Made by a program: the position numbers and the translations under genes. DNA of 64,000 bases from Flavobacteriales bacterium (GTDB lineage Bacteria > Bacteroidota > Bacteroidia > Flavobacteriales > Flavobacteriaceae), in NCBI GenBank assembly GCA_004213645.1, contig SGZF01000003.1, positions 2,606-66,605 on the forward strand, given 5' to 3'. The notes under the pieces are model-generated. The model saw only the letters and a list, made by a program, of their open reading frames with translations. It did not search any database and was not told where the DNA came from. Each line of letters starts with the position of its first letter. Within the stretch, counting starts at the first letter, position 1. Positions 12,500-21,971 of the stretch are shown here, one piece after another.

Positions 12500-13120
12500 A
12501 TGGAATTCCCATCTAAGCTACTCGAAAATTTAGTATATAATATTTCACAATTATCCGGGATTGGAAAAAGATCTGCTCTTAGAATAGCATTAGAAATTTT
12601 GCGAAAGCCAAAAGAATACTCAAGAGATTTATCTGAAAGTATTTTTGATTTTAAAACCAAAATTAATTATTGCAAGCAATGTCATAATATTTCAGATAAG
12701 GAGGTTTGTGATATATGTTCTAATTCATCTAGAGATCAATCAATAATTTGCGTTGTAGAAGACATTAGAGATGTTATAGCAATCGAAAATACAAACCTTT
12801 ACAATGGTCTTTATCATGTATTAGGTGGGGTTATTTCTCCTATTGAAGGAATAGGTCCAGATGACTTAAATATTTTAAGCCTTGAAAAAAAGATTACTGA
12901 TAAAAACATTGATGAAATAATTTTTGCTTTAAGCTCAACAATAGAGGCTGATACAACAAGCTTCTATTTATTTAAAATACTTAATAAATTCGATGTTAAA
13001 GTTTCAGTCTTAGCAAGAGGAATTCCAGTAGGAGATCAATTAGAATATACCGATGAAGTTACTCTTGCAAGAAGTATTCAGAACAGACGTCCTTATGAAA
13101 ACAATATTTCAAATCAGTAA
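12500..13120 (+). CDS. recR: Recombination protein RecR
   Basis: 206 aa. HhH (LSGIGKRSALRIA), C4 zinc finger (CKQCHNISDKEVCDIC), and a Toprim region (ICVVEDIRDVIAIE). Confidence 0.95.
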   Translation: MEFPSKLLENLVYNISQLSGIGKRSALRIALEILRKPKEYSRDLSESIFDFKTKINYCKQCHNISDKEVCDICSNSSRDQSIICVVEDIRDVIAIENTNLYNGLYHVLGGVISPIEGIGPDDLNILSLEKKITDKNIDEIIFALSSTIEADTTSFYLFKILNKFDVKVSVLARGIPVGDQLEYTDEVTLARSIQNRRPYENNISNQ

Positions 13121-13133
13121 AAATTTAATATTG

Positions 13134-13141
13134 TAAATTTG
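13134..13141 (+). promoter_or_regulatory. Candidate -7 box TAAATTTG upstream of the E2 acyltransferase gene
   Basis: Matches TAnnTTTG 15 nt before ATG 13156. Confidence 0.35.
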
Positions 13142-13155
13142 CAAATGTTATTCTT

Positions 13156-14460
13156 ATGGGAAAATATCTATTAAAGCTTCCAAAGATGGGAGAAAGTATT
13201 GCAGAAGCGACAATAACCAAATGGTTAAAAGATGTTGGCGATTTTGTAGAAATTGATGAGTCTTTAGTTGAAATTGCTACAGATAAAGTGGACTCAGATG
13301 TTCCATCTGAATTTAAAGGAAAACTTATTAAAAAAAACTTTGAAGTAAATGATATAGTAAAAGTTGGAGAAGTAATAGCAGAGATTGAAACAGATGGTGA
13401 AGATAGTAATGAGTCTGCAATTATTCTTAAAGAGTCAAAAAATGTTAAAGTCTTTGACGAGGTTGTGGAGAATATAGTTAATGAACCAGATTTAACTGAT
13501 ATCCCTTCTGTTGATCTACTTAACACTAATGAGCCAGAAGTTATTAGCAATATTGATCTTAAAAGTGATAAATTTTATTCTCCATTAGTTAGAAATATTG
13601 CAAAAAAAGAAAATATTAGCCAACAAGAACTTGATTCAATATCTGGATCTGGGAAAGATGGAAGAGTAACTAAACAAGATATCTTAAATTATTTAAGTTC
13701 TGGCTCTACCAGCGTTTCTGATAATAATTTAATTGATTCAGAATCCTCTAACAGTGATCAAATAATAGAAATTGACAGAATGGGCAAAATAATATTTGAC
13801 CATATGACAAATAGTAAAAAAATATCAGCTCACGTTCAATCATTTGTTGAAGTAGATGTAACTAATCTTTGGGATTGGAGAGAAAAATACAAGAATTCAT
13901 TTCTTGCAAAAGAAGGACAAAAACTCACATTTACCCCTTTATTTATTAATGCAGTAATTAAATCACTAAAAGATTATCCAATTTTAAATAGTTCTGTAGT
14001 TGATGAAAAAATTGTTGTGAAAAGATCAATTAATATTGGAATGGCAACGGCAGTTGAAAATGGAAATTTAATTGTTCCTGTGATAAAAAATGCAGATCAT
14101 CTTAATCTCAAAGGTTTGACTTTGGCTGTTAATGACCTTTCAAATAGAGCAAGATCCAAGTCTTTAAAACCTGAAGAAATATCTGAAGGAACCTACACTG
14201 TTACTAATGTTGGTAATTTTGGTTCTATTATGGGTACTCCAATAATTAATCAACCTCAAGTAGGAATAATTGCAATTGGTGTGATTCGTAAAGTTCCATC
14301 TGTAATAGAAACTGATAAAGGTGATTTTATTGGTATTAGAAAAAAACTTATACTATCACATTCTTACGATCACAGAATTATTAACGGTTCAGTAGGTGGA
14401 ATGTTCGTTAAAAGAGTTGCAGATTATCTTGAAGATTGGGACATGAATCAAACCATTTAA
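13156..14460 (+). CDS. 2-oxoacid dehydrogenase complex E2, dihydrolipoyl acyltransferase (substrate class not resolved)
   Basis: Lipoyl domain (VEIATDKVDSDVPS), E3-binding domain (SPLVRNIAKKENI...GSGKDGRVTKQDI), and a catalytic domain ending in SYDHRIINGS. No E1 gene is adjacent. Confidence 0.88.
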   Translation: MGKYLLKLPKMGESIAEATITKWLKDVGDFVEIDESLVEIATDKVDSDVPSEFKGKLIKKNFEVNDIVKVGEVIAEIETDGEDSNESAIILKESKNVKVFDEVVENIVNEPDLTDIPSVDLLNTNEPEVISNIDLKSDKFYSPLVRNIAKKENISQQELDSISGSGKDGRVTKQDILNYLSSGSTSVSDNNLIDSESSNSDQIIEIDRMGKIIFDHMTNSKKISAHVQSFVEVDVTNLWDWREKYKNSFLAKEGQKLTFTPLFINAVIKSLKDYPILNSSVVDEKIVVKRSINIGMATAVENGNLIVPVIKNADHLNLKGLTLAVNDLSNRARSKSLKPEEISEGTYTVTNVGNFGSIMGTPIINQPQVGIIAIGVIRKVPSVIETDKGDFIGIRKKLILSHSYDHRIINGSVGGMFVKRVADYLEDWDMNQTI

Positions 14461-14461
14461 G

Positions 14462-15232
14462 ATGAAAATTAAGCTAAATAGACCAATTTGTTTTTTTGAC
14501 CTGGAGACTACAGGCGGTAATGTTGGGAAAGATAGAATTGTTGAAATTGCAATTTTAAGAGTCGATGTTGATAAAAAAGAATCAAAAAGAGTTTGGAGAG
14601 TTAATCCTGAAATGGAAATCTCATTTCAAGCAATTGAGGTGCATGGTATAACAAATGAAATGATTGAGAATGAACCTAATTTTGCTCATTATTCAAATGA
14701 AATATATCAATTTTTAAAAGGTTGTGATTTAGCAGGTTTTAATTCAATAAGGTTTGATATTCCAATTCTTGTTGAGGAATTAATAAGAGCTAATGTAGAA
14801 TTTGATTTTACCCAAATTAGGATGATAGATAGTCAGGTAATTTATCATAAGAAAGAACCTAGGAATCTTTCTGCAGCATTACAATTCTACTGTAATAAAG
14901 AGCTTAAAAATGCTCATTCTGCAATGGATGATACAATTGCAACATATGAGGTATTTAAAGCTCAAATTGAAAAATATGATGATTTAGAATCAGACATGGA
15001 TTTTCTAAATAAATATTCAAATCGTTATAATAATCTTGATTTTGCTGGTAAAATCAGAATTGATAATGATGATGATGCAATTTTTGCATTTGGTAAATAT
15101 ACTGGTCAAAAAGTTGTTGAGGTATTTAGAAAAGACAAGGGTTATTATTCATGGATTATGAAGGGAGATTTTCCTGAGTATACAAAAAAAATATTTACAA
15201 AACTTCAACTTAGTCTAATTAACTCTAAATAA
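14462..15232 (+). CDS. DEDDh 3'-5' exonuclease domain protein (DnaQ-like)
   Basis: Exo I FFDLETTG, Exo II AGFNSIRFDIPIL, Exo III HSAMDDTIAT. Confidence 0.85.
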   Translation: MKIKLNRPICFFDLETTGGNVGKDRIVEIAILRVDVDKKESKRVWRVNPEMEISFQAIEVHGITNEMIENEPNFAHYSNEIYQFLKGCDLAGFNSIRFDIPILVEELIRANVEFDFTQIRMIDSQVIYHKKEPRNLSAALQFYCNKELKNAHSAMDDTIATYEVFKAQIEKYDDLESDMDFLNKYSNRYNNLDFAGKIRIDNDDDAIFAFGKYTGQKVVEVFRKDKGYYSWIMKGDFPEYTKKIFTKLQLSLINSK

Positions 15233-15233
15233 G

Positions 15234-15845
15234 GTGAAAATAATATGCATAGGAAGAAATTACTCGGACCATATTAGAGAACTATCTAATGTAAAACCCT
15301 CTAATCCAGTTGTATTCTTAAAACCTGACTCTTCGATAATAGCAAAGAATCAAAACTTTATTATTCCTTCTTTTTCTGATGATATTCATCATGAGGTTGA
15401 ATTAATTATAAAGATAAATAGGGTCGGTAAACATATTGATAAAGCTTTTTCAAATAAATATTTCAATGAAATTGGCCTAGGAATAGATTTTACTGCAAGA
15501 GATCTTCAAAATAATTTAAAGAAAGATGGTCATCCTTGGGAAAAGTCTAAAGCTTTCGATAACTCATGTTTAGTTGGAGATTTTATAAATAAAGATAAAT
15601 TTCAAAATCTATCAAATATTGAATTTTGTATGAAGAAGAACAATCAAATAGTTCAATCAGGAAACTCTTCAGAGATGATATGGAATATGGATGAATTAAT
15701 TTCATATGTATCTCAATATTTTACACTTAAAATTGGAGATTTAATTTTTACGGGAACTCCAGCAGGTGTTTCCAGTGTTAAGACTGGAGACTTTTTGGAA
15801 GGTTTTATTAATTCTGATCAAATGTTTTCATTAAAAGTTAAGTAG
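15234..15845 (+). CDS. Fumarylacetoacetate hydrolase family protein
   Basis: GTG start. GRNYSDH, HHEVELI, DFTARDLQ, KSKAFD, GDLIFTGTPAGV. Confidence 0.85.
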   Translation: MKIICIGRNYSDHIRELSNVKPSNPVVFLKPDSSIIAKNQNFIIPSFSDDIHHEVELIIKINRVGKHIDKAFSNKYFNEIGLGIDFTARDLQNNLKKDGHPWEKSKAFDNSCLVGDFINKDKFQNLSNIEFCMKKNNQIVQSGNSSEMIWNMDELISYVSQYFTLKIGDLIFTGTPAGVSSVKTGDFLEGFINSDQMFSLKVK

Positions 15846-15847
15846 AA

Positions 15848-16315
15848 ATGATAAAAAAAGTTTTTGAATACCTGATTTCAAATAATGAGACAATTTCATT
15901 TGCTGAAAGTTGTAGTGGTGGAAATTTATCATCGTCAATATCAAAGATTCCAGGTGCCTCAAAAATTTTTGTTGGCTCAATAGTATCTTATTCTAAATAT
16001 TCTAAAGAAAAGGTTTTAGGTATTAAAAGAAATGAACTTAATGCTTTTTCAACAGTGAGTCAAGAAACAACAATTAAAATGGCTGAAAAAGTTAAAGAAA
16101 AATTTAATTCTGATTATTCAATTGCTATTACTGGCAATGCTGGGCCAACCTCTGATTCTTCTGAATCAAATGTAGGGGATTGTTTTATAGCTATTTCATA
16201 TAAAAATGAGATATTTTGTGAAAAATATCATCTAGTTATGACAAGAGAAGACTTTATAAAAACAGTAACCAATAAATCTTTTAAACTCTTCTATGATAAA
16301 ATTATTAACCAATAA
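15848..16315 (+). CDS. CinA C-terminal domain protein / nicotinamide-nucleotide amidohydrolase (PncC-like)
   Basis: 155 aa. FAESCSGGNLSS and AITGNAGP motifs. Confidence 0.8.
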   Translation: MIKKVFEYLISNNETISFAESCSGGNLSSSISKIPGASKIFVGSIVSYSKYSKEKVLGIKRNELNAFSTVSQETTIKMAEKVKEKFNSDYSIAITGNAGPTSDSSESNVGDCFIAISYKNEIFCEKYHLVMTREDFIKTVTNKSFKLFYDKIINQ

Positions 16316-16344
16316 ATTTATTTTTTTATTAAACTTAAATACGT

Positions 16345-16352
16345 TAGTTTTG
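16345..16352 (+). promoter_or_regulatory. Candidate Bacteroidota -7 promoter box TAGTTTTG upstream of rpmB
   Basis: Exact match to TAnnTTTG 25 nt upstream of the rpmB ATG. It is followed by CACG, as at rpsL. Confidence 0.4.
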
Positions 16353-16376
16353 CACGTTACAAAAAATTAGTAAGTT

Positions 16377-16613
16377 ATGTCTAAGACATGTGAAATTACT
16401 GGAAAAAAAGTTATGTTTGGAAACAATGTTTCTAAGTCATTAAATAGGACAAAAAGAAGATTTGATGTAAATCTTATCAAGAAACGTTTCTTCATTCCTG
16501 AAGAGAATAAATGGGTTACTCTTAAGGTTTCAGCATCTGCTTTGAAAACTATTAATAAAAAAGGTATTTCTGAAGTCTTAAAAGAAGCAAGAAAACAAGG
16601 CTTAATCAAATAA
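16377..16613 (+). CDS. rpmB: 50S ribosomal protein L28
   Basis: [29 protein letters not shown]. Confidence 0.95.
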   Translation: MSKTCEITGKKVMFGNNVSKSLNRTKRRFDVNLIKKRFFIPEENKWVTLKVSASALKTINKKGISEVLKEARKQGLIK

Positions 16614-16615
16614 AC

Positions 16616-16798
16616 ATGGCAAAAAAAGGTAATAGAGTTCAAGTAATTTTAGAGTGTACTGAGCACAAAGATTCAGGTATGCCAGGTACTTCCAGATACA
16701 TAACAACTAAGAATAAAAAAAATTCTCCAGATAGATTAGAAATTAAGAAATTTAATCCTATAATGAAGAAAATGACTGTTCATAAAGAAATTAAATAA
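16616..16798 (+). CDS. rpmG: 50S ribosomal protein L33
   Basis: [17 protein letters not shown]...[20 protein letters not shown]. Confidence 0.95.
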   Translation: MAKKGNRVQVILECTEHKDSGMPGTSRYITTKNKKNSPDRLEIKKFNPIMKKMTVHKEIK

Positions 16799-16799
16799 C

Positions 16800-17132
16800 A
16801 TGGCAAAAAAAGCGGTTGCTAGTTTACAAACTGGCTCAAAAAAACTTGCAAAGGCAATAAGAATGATAAAAAAAGATGGCTCTAATAGTTATTCTTTTGA
16901 AGAAAGGATTCTTCCTCAAGATCTTGTTAATGATTGGCTTGCAGGTAAACCAATTGTAACCAAAGCACCAGAACCAGTAGAGCCAGCTGCAGAAGAGGTT
17001 AAGGTTGAAGAGCCAGCTGCAGAAGAGGTTAAGGCTGAAGAGCCAGCTGCAGAAGAGGTTAAGGCTGAAGAGCCAGCTGCAGAAGAAGTTAAGGCTGAAG
17101 AGCCAGCTGCAGAGGAAAAAAGTTCAGAGTAA
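16800..17132 (+). CDS. DUF4295-type small basic protein with a repeat-encoded acidic C-terminal extension
   Basis: The N-terminal ~55 aa (MAKKAVASLQTGSKKLAKAIRMIKK...) sits in the conserved Bacteroidota position 1 nt after rpmG. The C-terminal half is (EPAAEEVKAE) x ~4.5. Confidence 0.8.
   Translation: MAKKAVASLQTGSKKLAKAIRMIKKDGSNSYSFEERILPQDLVNDWLAGKPIVTKAPEPVEPAAEEVKVEEPAAEEVKAEEPAAEEVKAEEPAAEEVKAEEPAAEEKSSE
16980..17114 (+). repeat. 30-bp in-frame tandem repeat, 4 full copies plus a 15-nt partial copy
   Basis: Unit gagccagctgcagaagaggttaaggctgaa at 16980, 17010, 17040 and 17070. There are two substitutions in total (gtt in copy 1, gaa in copy 4). The partial copy begins at 17100. Confidence 0.97.
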
Positions 17133-17159
17133 CTTTTAAAATTTACTTTCAAATCTGTT

Positions 17160-20100
17160 CTAATTTATTGCTCCAATCCCATTTTTCCATAACTCAGAAT
17201 TCAAACTAGGTATTCTATAATTATTTATTTGATCTATTTCTTCCTTTAAGATACTCCAATTTTTATCTAAATTTTTAATGGACTTTAAAATACCCTCACT
17301 AACATTTGGAATATCACCTTTGATTTCATCTAAAATAAATAAATAGTCAGCCAAAAACTTATTTGGAAAATTTTCTACATCATCATAAGCTAATGATTTT
17401 CTTTGCATCATCTTTTTATCCCAATTATCCATTTTGTTTAATAGTAACTGTCCGGCTTTTTTCAGGTCTTCATTATTCTCAATATTATTAATTACTTCAG
17501 TAAGTTTATCAATTGAGTTTTTATTATTATTTATGTATTTAGCCATTTGATTAAAATTATTTTCCATATGGCTAGCATATTTATCAAATTCAGCATAGTC
17601 CATTCCAGAAACATTAAAATTTGGATTTTCTAGTATTTCAAAGTTTGATAAATATTCAGTATCTCCTACCTCTAATGAGATTTTATATTTTCCAGGAATA
17701 GACTTATGGCCACTAAATCTTCCTTCTATGTATGCATATGGCACGCCAATTAATGACTTATGTCTAGTATTCCAAACAAACCTATTCAAACCAATATTAT
17801 TGGTTAAAACTGGTTCTCTTGAAGGACCTCCATTATAAGAGATAAAGTTTTTGTTAATTTGACTGTTTAATTCTCTTATTAAATTATTGTCTTCATCAAA
17901 AACTTTAATTGTTACTTTTTTATCAGCATCATTTTTATTTAGATTATAATAAACAACGACACCATTAGCCGGATTAACGCCCGTATAAGTTGCTGTACCA
18001 TCTGAATCATTTGAATTTAACTGACTATACCAGTTACCTATAGTTGAATTTTCAGGTTTATAAATTTTAGTTTCTTTAGTATCATCGATTTGTCTAATTA
18101 GACCCATATCATCTAAGATCCAAAATGATCTTCCTTGAGTAGCAATTATTAGGTCATCATGTTTAATCATTAAATCTGTTATGGTTAAAGAAGGCATATT
18201 AAGGTTAAATCTTTCCCAGTTTTTCCCATCATTGAATGAAATATATACTCCCAATTCTGTACCTGCAAATAATAACCCTTTTCTTTTTTGATCCTCCCTA
18301 ACTACTCTAGTATATGCACCATATGGAATATTACCAGTGATTTCTTTCCAAGATTTTCCATAATTAGTTGATTTATATAATCCAGGAGATTTATCATTAA
18401 ATTTATATCTAGTAGTTGCTATATAGACTGTTCCTTTTTCATGTGGTGAGATATCTATTGAATTAATAATTGTTTCCTGAAGGCCTTTTGGTGTTATATT
18501 ATCCCATGTTTCACCTCCATTTCTTGTTATATGAACAAGCCCATCGTCTGAACCAGTATATATCGTGTTTGGCTCGTGTTGAGATTCTATTACATAACTA
18601 ATTGTTCCATAATTTTCAGCTCCAACAGCTTCATTTGTATATGGTCCTCCACCATTACCTTGTTTTTCATCTTCATCTCTAGTTAAATCAGGTGACACAA
18701 CCTCCCATGATTTACCTAAATCTTTTGTTTTAAATAGATGCTGAGCAGCATGATAAAATGTGTTTGGTTCATGCTGAGACCAAATAATAGGTGCATTCCA
18801 ATTAAACCTATATTTCATATCTCTGGATGCTTTACCAATATAATTTATAGGCTCTATCATCACTTTTTTTCTAGCTTTTGCTTTTGTATCATAAATATTA
18901 ACGCTTCCTAGATAGCTTCCACCCATAACTAATTGAGGGTCATAAGGATCAAATGCTAAAAAGGCACTTTCTCCACCTGCTGTTGAAGACCAATCACTCT
19001 CAGAAATTCCTCCACCAGATCCAATACTTGCAATTTTAACAGTAGAATTATCTTGTTGACCACCATATAAATTATAAGGGTACATGTTATCAACATTAAC
19101 TCTGTAAAACTGAGCAGTGGGTAAAATATCAATACTTGACCAAGAAACCCCTTTATCAAAAGTTATTTCTCCACCTCCATCATCAGAAATAATCATATTC
19201 TTTGAATTATTTGGATTAATCCATAAGTCATGATAATCTCCATGACCACTGTAAATCCTTTCCCATGTTTTACCTCCGTCAATTGATCTAAAAGCTCTTG
19301 CACTTAAAACATAAACTGTATTCTCATCTTTAGGATCTGCAAATACCTCAATATAGTACCAAGATCTTGATGTAAGTTCGGCATATTTACTTATTCTAGA
19401 CCAACTTTCACCTGCGTTGTTAGATACAAATAGTCCACCAAGTCTCTTATTCGTATCACTCTCTGCTAATAAATAGACTTTATTTGAATTAGCTCTTGAT
19501 ACTGAGATTGCTAATTTACCTAACTCATCAGGAAGACCATTTTCTATCTTTAACCAACTTTCCCCTCCATCTATTGACTTATACACTCCACTTCCATCTC
19601 CACCTGAAATCACTTTCCATGGAAGTCTTTGGTGTTCCCACATAGTTGCATATAAAATCTTAGGATTATTGAAATCAATTGATAATTCTGATGCTCCGCT
19701 TAATTCATTGACAAACAAAACGTTTCTCCAGGTTTTTCCACCATCTATAGACTTATATACTCCTCTTTCTTTTGTTGGTCCATTTACGGCTCCTTGGGCA
19801 GCAACATAAATTGTATTATTATCATCTGGATGGATTATTATTCTTGAAATCTGTTGAGAGTTCTCTAATCCAACATGCTCCCATGTTTTTCCAGCATCTG
19901 TCGATTTATATACTCCATCACCATATGAAGTTGTTACTCCTCTTGGGGAGTGTTCTCCCATACCAACATAGATTATTCTGCTATCACTTTCTGAAACAGC
20001 TATTGCTCCAACTGATGAAGTTTTAAAATAGTCATCTGATATATTAAACCACTCGCTACCTGCATTAGTTGTTTTCCAAAGTCCTCCTCCAGCAGTTCCC

Positions 20101-20270
20101 ATGTAATAAGTCAAAGGATCATTAACAACTCCAACTGATGAAACAGATCTTCCACCTCTAAAAGGGCCAATATTTCTGTATTTAACTTCTTCCAATTTTT
20201 CTTCAATATTTTGGGAATGAGAAAATGGAGTAATAACTAAAAAAATAAAAATTAAATTAAAATTCTTCAT
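17160..20270 (-). CDS. Secreted BNR/Asp-box repeat protein, sortilin/VPS10-like double beta-propeller, with a C-terminal helical domain
   Basis: Signal peptide. About 10 Asp-box repeats ([88 protein letters not shown]...). Confidence 0.8.
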   Translation of the reverse strand: MKNFNLIFIFLVITPFSHSQNIEEKLEEVKYRNIGPFRGGRSVSSVGVVNDPLTYYMGTAGGGLWKTTNAGSEWFNISDDYFKTSSVGAIAVSESDSRIIYVGMGEHSPRGVTTSYGDGVYKSTDAGKTWEHVGLENSQQISRIIIHPDDNNTIYVAAQGAVNGPTKERGVYKSIDGGKTWRNVLFVNELSGASELSIDFNNPKILYATMWEHQRLPWKVISGGDGSGVYKSIDGGESWLKIENGLPDELGKLAISVSRANSNKVYLLAESDTNKRLGGLFVSNNAGESWSRISKYAELTSRSWYYIEVFADPKDENTVYVLSARAFRSIDGGKTWERIYSGHGDYHDLWINPNNSKNMIISDDGGGEITFDKGVSWSSIDILPTAQFYRVNVDNMYPYNLYGGQQDNSTVKIASIGSGGGISESDWSSTAGGESAFLAFDPYDPQLVMGGSYLGSVNIYDTKAKARKKVMIEPINYIGKASRDMKYRFNWNAPIIWSQHEPNTFYHAAQHLFKTKDLGKSWEVVSPDLTRDEDEKQGNGGGPYTNEAVGAENYGTISYVIESQHEPNTIYTGSDDGLVHITRNGGETWDNITPKGLQETIINSIDISPHEKGTVYIATTRYKFNDKSPGLYKSTNYGKSWKEITGNIPYGAYTRVVREDQKRKGLLFAGTELGVYISFNDGKNWERFNLNMPSLTITDLMIKHDDLIIATQGRSFWILDDMGLIRQIDDTKETKIYKPENSTIGNWYSQLNSNDSDGTATYTGVNPANGVVVYYNLNKNDADKKVTIKVFDEDNNLIRELNSQINKNFISYNGGPSREPVLTNNIGLNRFVWNTRHKSLIGVPYAYIEGRFSGHKSIPGKYKISLEVGDTEYLSNFEILENPNFNVSGMDYAEFDKYASHMENNFNQMAKYINNNKNSIDKLTEVINNIENNEDLKKAGQLLLNKMDNWDKKMMQRKSLAYDDVENFPNKFLADYLFILDEIKGDIPNVSEGILKSIKNLDKNWSILKEEIDQINNYRIPSLNSELWKNGIGAIN

Positions 20271-20342
20271 GAAATAAATGTTAGTTTACACTAAGTTACA
20301 TTCAATTTTCAAAAATTCAGATATATTTACACAAATTAACTA

Positions 20343-21950
20343 ATGAGAAGTAAAAATATTCAAAAAGACCTTAGTTTACTTGGCGATAAACTTATAAATA
20401 GTTTCTTGTTAGAGAATAAAAAGTCTTTAAATATTATCGACTCTTTTTTTAGTGAAAAAAATATTTTAGAAAAGTCTAAAACAAAAAAAAAGAAATTTGA
20501 AAATCATTACAGGAATATTTTAGTAGAACAGTTAAATAAACAGTACTCAAATTTTAAAGTTTCAGAGAACACTTCAAAAAATATAAATTCTCTTGAAAAT
20601 TCAAATACATTAACAATAACAACTGGTCATCAAATTTGTTTATACTCAGGATCTTTATTGCTTATATATAAAATTGCACAGGTTATAAGTATTTCAAGAT
20701 TTTTAAATTCTAAGATTAAAAACTTTAATTATGTCCCCGTTTTTTGGCTTGCTACTGAGGATCATGACTTTGACGAGATTTCAACGGTAAATATTTCAAA
20801 AAATAAAATTAAATGGGATATTGACACTAATAATTCTTCAGTTGGAGAAATTTTGTTAAGTGAAATTAATGAACTGAATGAATTATATAAGAATTCAATA
20901 ATTGATTTAAACTTTAAAGATAAACTTGAAGATATTATAGATTATAGCTATCAAAATGGAGATACTCTGGCAGAATCTACTATTAAGTTCATAAATTCCA
21001 TATTTGGTAAATATGGATTAGTTATAATCGATGCCAATAAGAAGGTATTTAAGGAATTATTTATTGATGACTTTAAGAATGAGATTATAGGCAATAGATG
21101 TTCAATTGACACAAATACTCAGATCTCAAAAATAAAAAAACTATTTAATTCCTACAAGCCACAGGTTAATCCATCTGAAATTAATTTTTTTAAAATAACA
21201 CCAAAAGGAAGGAAAAGAATAAGAAAAAAGAAAGATTTATTTAAAGTAGATGATGAAAATGAGTATACATCTGAGGATTTGATTAAACAGATTGAAAGTA
21301 ACCCTGAATTATTTTCTCCTAATGTTTTAATGAGACCTTTATACCAAGAAAGAATTCTTCCAAATATATGTTATGTTGGCGGTCCTAGTGAATTAGGTTA
21401 TTGGATGCAACTTAAACTATATTTTAATAATTCTAATCTTGAGTATCCAATTTTAAAGCTAAGAACTACTGCATACATTATTGATAAAAAAACCTCATCC
21501 AAAATTAAAAAGAGTGGTGTTGAGTTAAAATATTTCCTTCAAAAATTAGATAATCTAATTGACTACAAATTAAAAAAATTATCAACTTTAAGTTTAAGTT
21601 TTGATTCTTTAAAAGGAACATTAAGCTCTCAGTTCGATGAATTAAGAGAAATATCAATAAAAACAAATAAATCTTTTATAGGTGCACTAAATGCTCAAGA
21701 AAAAAAACAATTGAAAGGTATTGACGATCTTGAAAAGAAATTGATAAAAGCTGAAAAGAAAAATCATGAAGATCAGATAAATAATATTAAAATGATTTTT
21801 GAATCACTTCATCCTAATAATGTAGATCAGGAAAGATACCTAAACTTTGCCAATTTCTATTCTGCTGAAGGACAAACACTAATTGACTTTTTAGTTGATA
21901 AAGTACTTATTCCAGATGATAAAATATTAGTCATAAATCTTGAAGATTAA
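20343..21950 (+). CDS. bshC: Bacillithiol biosynthesis cysteine-adding enzyme BshC family
   Basis: 535 aa. TGHQICLYSG, FWLATEDHDFDE, YVGGPSELGYWMQL, and a C-terminal coiled-coil. Confidence 0.8.
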   Translation: MRSKNIQKDLSLLGDKLINSFLLENKKSLNIIDSFFSEKNILEKSKTKKKKFENHYRNILVEQLNKQYSNFKVSENTSKNINSLENSNTLTITTGHQICLYSGSLLLIYKIAQVISISRFLNSKIKNFNYVPVFWLATEDHDFDEISTVNISKNKIKWDIDTNNSSVGEILLSEINELNELYKNSIIDLNFKDKLEDIIDYSYQNGDTLAESTIKFINSIFGKYGLVIIDANKKVFKELFIDDFKNEIIGNRCSIDTNTQISKIKKLFNSYKPQVNPSEINFFKITPKGRKRIRKKKDLFKVDDENEYTSEDLIKQIESNPELFSPNVLMRPLYQERILPNICYVGGPSELGYWMQLKLYFNNSNLEYPILKLRTTAYIIDKKTSSKIKKSGVELKYFLQKLDNLIDYKLKKLSTLSLSFDSLKGTLSSQFDELREISIKTNKSFIGALNAQEKKQLKGIDDLEKKLIKAEKKNHEDQINNIKMIFESLHPNNVDQERYLNFANFYSAEGQTLIDFLVDKVLIPDDKILVINLED

Positions 21951-21960
21951 TTTATAGTTG

Positions 21961-21968
21961 TATTTTTG
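21961..21968 (+). promoter_or_regulatory. Candidate -7 box TATTTTTG immediately upstream of guaA
   Basis: Matches TAnnTTTG only 3 nt before ATG 21972. guaA may instead be read through from bshC. Confidence 0.25.
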
Positions 21969-21971
21969 TCC

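Noticed and set aside
13125-13550. 141-aa minus-strand ORF antisense to the 5' part of the E2 acyltransferase gene.
   Set aside because: It lies entirely within a well-supported CDS. Its Ser/Thr/Ile-rich low-complexity translation is what the reverse complement of Glu/Asp/Ile-rich coding sequence gives. It has no independent start context.
16916-17152. 78-aa minus-strand ORF with repeating SAAGSSALTS.
   Set aside because: It is simply the reverse-complement reading of the 30-bp tandem repeat in the DUF4295 gene. The plus-strand frame is continuous with a conserved N-terminal domain.
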